A stretch of DNA of 64,000 nt from Eubacteriales bacterium (lineage in GTDB: Bacteria; Bacillota; Clostridia; Oscillospirales; CAG-272). Positions 56,760 through 64,000 of the stretch are shown piece by piece. The stretch lies in contig JAZNGE010000003.1 of the NCBI GenBank assembly GCA_045576315.1, forward strand, positions 92,070 through 156,069, given 5' to 3'. The notes beneath the pieces are model-generated. The model was not told where the DNA came from and made no database searches. It saw only the letters and a program-made list of their open reading frames with translations. A program made the position numbers and the translations under genes. Every line of letters starts with the position of its first letter. Positions within the stretch are counted from its first letter, which is position 1.

Positions 56760-58760
56760 ATGGCAGCTAAAACCGTCAAGAAAGCATACGACGATCAAAG
56801 TATAAAAAGCCTTAAGGGCGCGGACCGAGTCCGTAAGCGCCCGGCAGTCATTTTCGGTTCAGATGACCTTATAGGATGCCAGCACTCTTTTATAGAGATA
56901 CTCGCCAACTCGGTCGACGAGGCGCGCGAGGGCTACGGTGAAAAAATAATAGTTAAAAAGTATCTCGATCTGTCAATAGAGGTCGAGGACTTTGGCCGCG
57001 GAGTTCCGCTCGGATATAACGAAAAGGAAAAGAGATGGAACTGGGAGCTCGTTTTCTGCGAGCTTTACGCAGGCGGTAAATACGACAACAACGACGGCAA
57101 CGCCGCATACGAGTTTTCCCTCGGTCTTAACGGCCTTGGCGCAACGGCAACGCAGTATTCCTCCGAGTATATGGAGGTACAGTCCTACAACGGCAAGACT
57201 CTCTCCGAGATCAGCTTTAAGTCTGGTAACCCCAAGGGTGAGCTTCGCGTTTCCGACCTTGATTCCAAAGCACCCAAAAAGAAGGGAACTATAATCAGAT
57301 GGCGTCCCGACCTTAAGGTCTTTAAGGAGATAGATATTCCCGTCGAATTCCTTGAAAACACCATGCGCCGTCAGGCGTTCATAAACGCAGGCATCAAGTT
57401 CATACTTGAAGTCGAAAAAACCAAGGGAAAATTCGAGAAATCGGAGTTTTACTACGAAAAAGGCGTGGCAGACTATATTGCCGAGATAACTGACGGCATC
57501 GCCATGACCCCCACACAGCTTTGGAAGATCGAAACCAAGGGCCGCGACAGAGAGGACCTGCCGGACTACAAATTAAAGGCAGAGGTCACCTTCTGCTTTG
57601 CCAAGAGCGGCAAGGCTGAATACTACCACAACTCCTCATTCTTGGAGTACGGCGGCGCACCCGACAAAGCGGTCAAAAGCGCGTTCGTCTACGCCATCGA
57701 CAAGTACATCAAGGCGCAGAACAAATACACACGTAACGAGTCCAAAATCTCCTTCCAGGATATCGAGGACAACCTTGCCGTAATTATCAACTCCGCCTCT
57801 ACGCAGACGTCATACGAGAACCAGACGAAAAAGGCTATCACCAACGCCTTTATCCAAAAGGCTCTTACCGAGTTTATCAAGACAAAGCTCGAGATATACC
57901 TGACCGAGAATCAGTCGGCGGCAAACACCATAATCAACCAGGTGCTTATCAACAAGCGCGCTCGCGAGACGGCGGAAAAGACCAAGGTAGACATCAAAAA
58001 GAAGCTTGCCGGCAACAATATGGACGTCTCGAACAGAGTAGAGAAGTTCGTACCCTGTCGCTCAAAGGACCCCGAACTTCGCGAGGTCTATATAGTTGAG
58101 GGAGATTCGGCTATGTCAAGCTGTAAGCTCGGCAGAAATGCGGAATTCCAGGCGATCATCCCCGTAAGAGGTAAGACCATCAACTGTATGAAGAGCACCA
58201 TCGACAAGATCTTCGCAAGCGACATTATCGTCGACCTGCTCAAAGTCATCGGCTGCGGCGTCGAGGTGAAAACCGGCAAAAAGAACGATCTTTCCAACTT
58301 TGATTACAAAAACCTCAAATGGAGTAAAATTATCATCTGTACCGATGCAGACGAGGACGGCTTCCAGATACGCACCCTGCTTCTGACAATGTTCTACCGC
58401 CTGCTTCCCACCCTTATCGAAAAGGGCAAGATCTATATTGCCGAGTCACCCCTCTTTGAGATAACCTCGGGCGGTGAGACGTACTTTGCCTATGACGAGA
58501 AGGAAAAGAGCGAGATACTCGCAAAGCTCGGTAATAAGAAATACACTCTCCAGCGCTCCAAGGGACTTGGTGAGAACGAGCCGGATATGATGTGGCGCAC
58601 CACGATGTGCCCGCAGACTCGCCGCCTTATCGCCGTCACCCCCGCCGATGCCGAGGCAACCGCAAGAATGTTCGACGTCCTTCTCGGCGACGCGCTCCAG
58701 GAGCGAAAGAAGTTCATCACCGAAAACGGACACCGCTATATCAAAGACGCTGATATTTAA
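56760..58760 (+). CDS. Type IIA DNA topoisomerase subunit B (GyrB/ParE family)
   Basis: VRKRP, E..ANSVDEA, DFGRGVP, AGGKY, VEGDSA, PVRGK, TDADEDG, RSKGLGE; start moved to ATG 56760 after GGAGG. Confidence 0.93.
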   Translation: MAAKTVKKAYDDQSIKSLKGADRVRKRPAVIFGSDDLIGCQHSFIEILANSVDEAREGYGEKIIVKKYLDLSIEVEDFGRGVPLGYNEKEKRWNWELVFCELYAGGKYDNNDGNAAYEFSLGLNGLGATATQYSSEYMEVQSYNGKTLSEISFKSGNPKGELRVSDLDSKAPKKKGTIIRWRPDLKVFKEIDIPVEFLENTMRRQAFINAGIKFILEVEKTKGKFEKSEFYYEKGVADYIAEITDGIAMTPTQLWKIETKGRDREDLPDYKLKAEVTFCFAKSGKAEYYHNSSFLEYGGAPDKAVKSAFVYAIDKYIKAQNKYTRNESKISFQDIEDNLAVIINSASTQTSYENQTKKAITNAFIQKALTEFIKTKLEIYLTENQSAANTIINQVLINKRARETAEKTKVDIKKKLAGNNMDVSNRVEKFVPCRSKDPELREVYIVEGDSAMSSCKLGRNAEFQAIIPVRGKTINCMKSTIDKIFASDIIVDLLKVIGCGVEVKTGKKNDLSNFDYKNLKWSKIIICTDADEDGFQIRTLLLTMFYRLLPTLIEKGKIYIAESPLFEITSGGETYFAYDEKEKSEILAKLGNKKYTLQRSKGLGENEPDMMWRTTMCPQTRRLIAVTPADAEATARMFDVLLGDALQERKKFITENGHRYIKDADI

Positions 58761-58778
58761 TGAAAGGTTATAAATAAA

Positions 58779-60431
58779 ATGGTAACACTTAAAAAATCCA
58801 CCAAATTCGAGGGAGTAAAGGGCCCTCTGCTCACCATCGTTATGGACGGCGTGGGCATCGCAGCCGACAACGGCGCAAACGCGGTTGCTGCCGCACTCAC
58901 CCCCAACCTTGACCGCATTATGCGCGATTATCCCACCCTCGCCATCAAGGCGCACGGTACTGCTGTCGGACTCCCCTCCGACGACGATATGGGTAACTCC
59001 GAGGTAGGTCACAACGCTCTTGGCTCGGGACAGGTGTTCGCACAGGGCGCAAAGCTCGTTTCCCAGTCTATCGAAAGCGGCAAGATATTTGAGTCTGCAA
59101 CCTGGCTCGACCTCGTAGGTCGCGTAAAGGCAAACGACTCCACCCTCCATTTCCTCGGTCTTTTCTCCGACGGTAACGTTCACTCCCACATCGATCACCT
59201 TAAGGCTCTCATCACCGAGGCAAAGAAGTGTGGTGTTAAGAAGGTAAGAGTACACATTCTCCTTGACGGCCGTGACGTTGGCGAAACAAGCGCGCTTGAT
59301 TACGTAATTCCTTTCGAGGCGTTCATCGCAGACCTTCGCGACGATTCCTTCGATATCGCTATCGCTTCCGGCGGCGGCAGAATGCAGATCACCATGGACA
59401 GATACGAGGCTAACTGGGCTATGGTTGAGGCAGGCTGGCAGACCCACGTTCTCGGCGAGGGCAGACAGTTCGCATCCGCTGAAGAGGCTATCAACACTTA
59501 CAGAGCAGAGACCAAGGTTATCGACCAGGATCTTCCTCCCTTCGTTATCGCAAAGGACGGCAAGCCCGTCGGCACTATTGAGGACGGCGACAGCGTTATC
59601 TTTTATAACTTCCGCGGTGACCGCTCCATCGAGATCTCCAAGGCGTTTGAGTCGGGCGCAGAGTTCGACAAGTTCGACCGCAAGAGAGTTCCCGCAGTCC
59701 TCTACGCAGGTATGCTTGAGTACGACGGCGACCTTCATATCCCCTCCAAGTACCTCGTTTCTCCCCCCACTATCACCAATACCATGACCGAGTACCTCGT
59801 TTCCGCAGGCATCAACGAGCTTGCTATCTCCGAAACTCAGAAGTACGGTCACGTAACGTATTTCTGGAACGGTAACAAGTCCGGCAAGTTCTCCGAGGAG
59901 CTTGAAACCTATATCGAGATCCCCTCCGACGTCGTTCCCTTTGAGGAAAGACCGTGGATGAAGTGTGCCGAGATCACCGACGAGCTTATCAAGGCTCTGC
60001 GCTCCGGAAAGTACAAGTACCTCCGCGTTAACTTCCCCAACGGCGATATGGTAGGTCACACCGGCTCCTTCGCAGCTACCCAGTGCTCTATGGAGGCTCT
60101 TGACCTCTGCCTTGGCCGTATCCTTGCAGTAGTTGACGAGCTTGAGGGCGCGGCACTCATCACCGCCGACCACGGTAACGCCGACGAGATGTACGAGATC
60201 GATAAGAAGACCGGCGCTCCCAAGAAGAACAAGGACGGCTCCTACAAGGCAAAGACCAGCCACACCCTTAACCCCGTTCCCTTTATCATCTACGACAACT
60301 TCACCGCTGATAAGTACACCGTGAAGCTCGGCAGAGATGACTTCGGTCTTTCCGCAGTTGCAGCTACCACCGTAAATATGCTCGGCTACGAAGCTCCCAC
60401 CGTTTGGGACGAGTCCATGATCGAGCTTTAA
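58779..60431 (+). CDS. gpmI: 2,3-bisphosphoglycerate-independent phosphoglycerate mutase
   Basis: MGNSEVGH, SDGNVHSH, DGRD, NFRGDR, ETQKYGHVT, DMVGHTG, TADHGNA. Confidence 0.96.
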   Translation: MVTLKKSTKFEGVKGPLLTIVMDGVGIAADNGANAVAAALTPNLDRIMRDYPTLAIKAHGTAVGLPSDDDMGNSEVGHNALGSGQVFAQGAKLVSQSIESGKIFESATWLDLVGRVKANDSTLHFLGLFSDGNVHSHIDHLKALITEAKKCGVKKVRVHILLDGRDVGETSALDYVIPFEAFIADLRDDSFDIAIASGGGRMQITMDRYEANWAMVEAGWQTHVLGEGRQFASAEEAINTYRAETKVIDQDLPPFVIAKDGKPVGTIEDGDSVIFYNFRGDRSIEISKAFESGAEFDKFDRKRVPAVLYAGMLEYDGDLHIPSKYLVSPPTITNTMTEYLVSAGINELAISETQKYGHVTYFWNGNKSGKFSEELETYIEIPSDVVPFEERPWMKCAEITDELIKALRSGKYKYLRVNFPNGDMVGHTGSFAATQCSMEALDLCLGRILAVVDELEGAALITADHGNADEMYEIDKKTGAPKKNKDGSYKAKTSHTLNPVPFIIYDNFTADKYTVKLGRDDFGLSAVAATTVNMLGYEAPTVWDESMIEL

Positions 60432-60464
60432 TAGCGTGACGTCCCGGATGGACGAATCACGCTA

Positions 60465-60636
60465 AATGATGTTTGCCCTCTCGGGCAAATGATGTCGGCT
60501 ACGCCTTATGATGTTGCCTACGGCAATGATGTTGTGCCTTCGGCACGATGGGTAAACGTCACATCATTGCGAGCACACGCTCGCAACATCATTATGCGCA
60601 GCATAACATCACTTTTGCGATAGCAAATACATCATT
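60465..60636. repeat. Inverted pair of hairpin arrays with ATGATGT / ACATCAY linkers
   Basis: Four ATGATGT units each followed by a different short hairpin, then four ACATCA(T/C) units separated by hairpins. Confidence 0.8.
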
Positions 60637-60669
60637 AAAAAAGGACGAGAAATTTCTCGTCCTTTTTTT
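60637..60669. terminator. Bidirectional terminator
   Basis: AAAAAAGGACGAGAAATTTCTCGTCCTTTTTT. Confidence 0.8.
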
Positions 60670-60670
60670 A

Positions 60671-62089
60671 TCAATTTTCTAAAAGCTTGACCTTAAGCCA
60701 CTTGCCGCGTAAATATCTGATACAGTAAAGCGTGGAGCGGAGTATCCAGTCAAGGAACATCGCCAGCCATACGCCCTTAATGCCCATTCCAAGACCGGGG
60801 AAGCTGATAGTCTTGAATATGGTGACCGTGTCAAGCGCAAGCACGTACGCAAGCGCAACGCGCAGACACCACATAGAGATCATCGATACGTAAAGAGTGA
60901 ACTTTACGTCGCTTGCCGCTCTGAACGTCGAGGGCAAAAGGAAGCCGAGAGGGTATATCACCGCCGCTACGATAGAGTGGTAAAGCACCAGCTCGACCGT
61001 CATATCTACCGCATCGGGCGATATTCCGTACGCCTTCATAAGCGGATTTATGAATATGAGGGTGAAGCCTATTACCAGCCACATCATAAGATATTCCGCT
61101 GCCATAAGTCCAAACGAGTAATACTTTGCCTGGTCTATCCTCTTTGCGCCGATACAGCGACCTACTACGGGTATCACAACGACCGAGAATGCCGTGTTTA
61201 CTGCGTATTGGAAATTCGCAAGATTAAGGGCAACCGAGTTTGCCGCAATTACGGCAGTCGCAAACGTAGAAATAAGCGACTGGGTAAGCAGTCGTCCGAA
61301 CTGGAACAGGGTGTTTTCAATTCCGTTAGGTACACCGATATGCAAAATTCCCTTGATAACTCTCAAGCTCGGCTTGTAGTGGAAGAGATTTTCTATATGT
61401 ACGGGATATTTCTTGTTAAGCACGAGCGCGAGCAGTATTGCCGCACCGATTATACGCGCGATAAGCGTCGACAGCGCTGCACCCTTTGCGCCCATATCAA
61501 GCCACATAATGAATATGGCGTTACAGCCTATAACTATACCGTTGATAGACAGCGAGGTAATAAGGGGGATTATCGAATTTCCTGACGAGCGGAAGCACGC
61601 CGCAGCCGCCTCCGTTACCGCAAGGAAGGGGAAGGACAGGCAGATAAAGAAGAAATAATCGTTCGCGTGCATAAGCACGTCAGCCTCAGCGTCGCCGAAC
61701 AGCGCGTTGAGCAGCGGGCGTTGGAATATCAAAACCAACGTCATTACGACCGTCGCCATTATCGTCGTGGCGTAAAGCAGCTGCTTTGCCGCCTCACTTA
61801 TATCCTTTGAGTTTGCCGTACCCAGCCTTTGTGCGACTATTACCGCACCGCCCGTTACGAGCGCGGTGAAAAACACGACCAGAACGTTGTCAAGCGTAAC
61901 GACCAGCGATACGCCCGATACCGCCGCGTCACCCGCCGACGATACCATCATCGTGTTTATCATACCCACCGTCATGTTCAAAACCTGTTGGAAAAAGACG
62001 GGAATTATCAGCTTAAGCAGGTCGCGCCTTGAAAAGAGCAGCTCGCTCTTGTCTATCTTCGCGCCTCCTTTAAAAAGTGACATAAACAA
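60671..62089 (-). CDS. MATE family efflux transporter
   Basis: About 12 TM; MVSS.G.AAVSGVS, FRSSGN, MG.KGAA.STL.AR, IG.P.G.E, G..GVW. Confidence 0.92.
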   Translation of the reverse strand: MFMSLFKGGAKIDKSELLFSRRDLLKLIIPVFFQQVLNMTVGMINTMMVSSAGDAAVSGVSLVVTLDNVLVVFFTALVTGGAVIVAQRLGTANSKDISEAAKQLLYATTIMATVVMTLVLIFQRPLLNALFGDAEADVLMHANDYFFFICLSFPFLAVTEAAAACFRSSGNSIIPLITSLSINGIVIGCNAIFIMWLDMGAKGAALSTLIARIIGAAILLALVLNKKYPVHIENLFHYKPSLRVIKGILHIGVPNGIENTLFQFGRLLTQSLISTFATAVIAANSVALNLANFQYAVNTAFSVVVIPVVGRCIGAKRIDQAKYYSFGLMAAEYLMMWLVIGFTLIFINPLMKAYGISPDAVDMTVELVLYHSIVAAVIYPLGFLLPSTFRAASDVKFTLYVSMISMWCLRVALAYVLALDTVTIFKTISFPGLGMGIKGVWLAMFLDWILRSTLYCIRYLRGKWLKVKLLEN

Positions 62090-62117
62090 CTCCTATATAG
62101 GTAATTTAAATTAAAAC

Positions 62118-62146
62118 TTGACAAGCTTTTAATATTGCATTATAAT
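62118..62146 (+). promoter_or_regulatory. Sigma-A promoter for the AraC regulator
   Basis: Perfect TTGACA-17bp-TATAAT. Confidence 0.7.
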
Positions 62147-62211
62147 TATAGCATAATTTTTGCGCTTTTCTTGCCAAAAACAAATATTTTTGTGGCGATT
62201 TTTTACGGAGA

Positions 62212-62997
62212 TTGACAATGGAAGCTAAATTTCACTTAAAAAGAGAAATAAAGGATGCACTCGATTTCGGTATCGGGCACAATCCGACAGTAGAGGTTCA
62301 CTTTCACTCGCAGATAGAAATATACATAGTAAAGTCGGGTGCTGTCGAAATTCTCGTCAACAACCGTAAAAGAGTAGTGCGCGCGGGCGGCATCTCGGTC
62401 GCCTTGAGCTATGATGCTCACGGCTACCGCACGATAGAGGATTCCGACGTTGCCCACCTGATCATACCGCGCAGCTACTGCGCCGATTTTATGCACCTTA
62501 TATACTCTGTGCATTCATACGTACCGTTTATAGACGATGCCGATACCTTCGCCCTTGTGTCCGATCTTCTTGGCCGTATAATATCAGCTGACAACGAGCT
62601 TATGCGCCGCGGCTACGTTTACGCTATCCTCGGCAAAATATTTGAGAAGATAACGGCATCCGACGATGCCGACCTGCGTGAGCCGCAGTTTTCCGCCGAC
62701 GTGCTTATCTATATAAGCGAGCATTTCAGGGAAGAGCTTACCCTCGGCACACTTGCCGCCGTATTCGGATATAACGAAAGCTATCTTTCGCGCAGCTTTC
62801 ACGAGACCTTTGGTATCTCGTTTGGTAAGTATCTGAATATGCAAAGGCTTCGCGAAGCGTTAAGGCTTATGCGAGAGGGAGAGATGAGTATTACCGAATG
62901 TGCTTTTGAGAGTGGCTTTGGCTCAATGCGCAGCTTCTACCGCGCCTTTCACGAAAAATTCGGCTGCACGCCGAAGGAGTACCTCGCATCTATCTGA
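62212..62997 (+). CDS. AraC family transcriptional regulator (cupin plus double HTH)
   Basis: HFHSQIEI; YLSRSF; ITECAFESGFGS.RSFYRAF...GCTPKEY; divergent from the MATE gene. Confidence 0.92.
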   Translation: MTMEAKFHLKREIKDALDFGIGHNPTVEVHFHSQIEIYIVKSGAVEILVNNRKRVVRAGGISVALSYDAHGYRTIEDSDVAHLIIPRSYCADFMHLIYSVHSYVPFIDDADTFALVSDLLGRIISADNELMRRGYVYAILGKIFEKITASDDADLREPQFSADVLIYISEHFREELTLGTLAAVFGYNESYLSRSFHETFGISFGKYLNMQRLREALRLMREGEMSITECAFESGFGSMRSFYRAFHEKFGCTPKEYLASI

Positions 62998-63013
62998 ATA
63001 AGCAAAAAGGGGC

Positions 63014-63889
63014 TCACGCCCCTTTTTGCTTATATATCTCGTGTATCTTAAAAAATCCGTCAGAGATTTCTTCGGCAAGCAGGCCAACCGTGCAATACGT
63101 GAGCCCGTCTTCAAAGTCGAATGTGTAGTTGATCGCGTAGTAGATCTTCCCATCAAAAAGCAAGAATGAATAGGAATTGATCAGCACCACGCCGTCTTTG
63201 CTTGTGACGTCTATGTAGAACTCCTCCACCTCGTCCAAGATCAGCTCCCTTTGCTCCAAATCATCTGTACCGACCGTCAGGAAATTTTGCACGGTCTTGC
63301 ATTCCTCGTCCGACAGCTTGACTTTTGTATCGTCATAGCCACAATAGTAAGCGCTCGCGTTTTGTAAGTCGGTGTAATATTCTATCGCATCTGCCTTGTT
63401 CTCGACCGGACAAAATAGCAGGCCTAAGCTATCACTCACAAGCCTGAAGCCGTGGTCGTTATCCACCGTGTAGTAGTTTCCCCACTGCGAGCGGTTCATA
63501 AATCCCGCTTCTTTATAAGTAAACACCGGCTCACCGATAAGGGTAGAGTCACACAACCAAAGATCAAGCGTTTCATAAACCACGCCGTCTGCAGTAAAGC
63601 GCGTGTCCTGGTATCCGTCCTCCTCGATAACTATATCCGTTTCTACAAAGTCGTCGGGTGGTGTTGCGTTCGTGATAATGACAAATGCGAAAAAGCCGCT
63701 CGGGATTGCCGCAAATAAAATGCCTATAGCCAACACGACGGCGGATATCGCGGTAAAGACCCTTGCGGCGGTGATGCCCGATCCGGCCTTCTTCACAGAT
63801 ATCGCCAATCCTGCTATTCCGGCGGCGATTCCCATAAGACCGATAAACAAAAATACTATTAGTACGATTATCGTTGCTATAGCACCCAT
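63014..63889 (-). CDS. Membrane-anchored hypothetical protein
   Basis: Two N-terminal TM helices and an acidic soluble domain; AGAGGGG RBS. Confidence 0.7.
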   Translation of the reverse strand: MGAIATIIVLIVFLFIGLMGIAAGIAGLAISVKKAGSGITAARVFTAISAVVLAIGILFAAIPSGFFAFVIITNATPPDDFVETDIVIEEDGYQDTRFTADGVVYETLDLWLCDSTLIGEPVFTYKEAGFMNRSQWGNYYTVDNDHGFRLVSDSLGLLFCPVENKADAIEYYTDLQNASAYYCGYDDTKVKLSDEECKTVQNFLTVGTDDLEQRELILDEVEEFYIDVTSKDGVVLINSYSFLLFDGKIYYAINYTFDFEDGLTYCTVGLLAEEISDGFFKIHEIYKQKGA

Positions 63890-64000
63890 GTTCAGACCCC
63901 TCTAATTTTTGCTCAATTATACAATAAATCCCCGGGAAAGTCAATATAAAACCGCCCAAATCACATAAAAATCCCCATTTTTGATAAAAATATAAAATAA

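Noticed and set aside
60465..60636. Possible CRISPR or tRNA cluster
   Set aside because: Repeats are only 7-9 bp with self-complementary spacers; no cloverleaf or T-loop consensus.

Overview
Gene-dense chromosomal window from a probable spore-forming Clostridia-like Firmicute (spoIVA, SpoIVFB-like protease, near-consensus sigma-A promoters). From left to right: (1) 1-7364, an extracytoplasmic redox/lipoprotein locus (redoxin-fused repeat protein, two lipoproteins, a 4Fe-4S membrane protein fused to a TlpA domain, and a membrane protein ending in a CD1871A-type CxxC module). (2) 7845-24554, a 2426-aa S8 protease/BspA-LRR surface protein apparently co-transcribed with a lipoprotein and an Opp peptide ABC transporter. 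(3) Housekeeping genes spoIVA, dfx, a degenerate BirA-like gene, proS, an aminotransferase and fucI. (4) 33911-38477, a locus with two SipW peptidases and two TasA/camelysin-like genes. (5) trxA and a ~1360-aa Ig/MBG surface protein whose cytoplasmic tail resembles the ribosomal protein uL15 C-terminal domain. (6) RNA/nucleotide enzymes, a lysine-riboswitch amino-acid ABC transporter and potABCD. (7) A small AT-richer island resembling Rhs remnants with orphan immunity genes, then a type II topoisomerase B subunit, gpmI, MATE and AraC. At least three families of palindromic REP-like repeats fill intergenic space; some sit in frame inside genes and some are flanked by long duplications. No rRNA, tRNA, CRISPR array or transposase was recognised. 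All calls come from motif recognition by eye; no database search was run.
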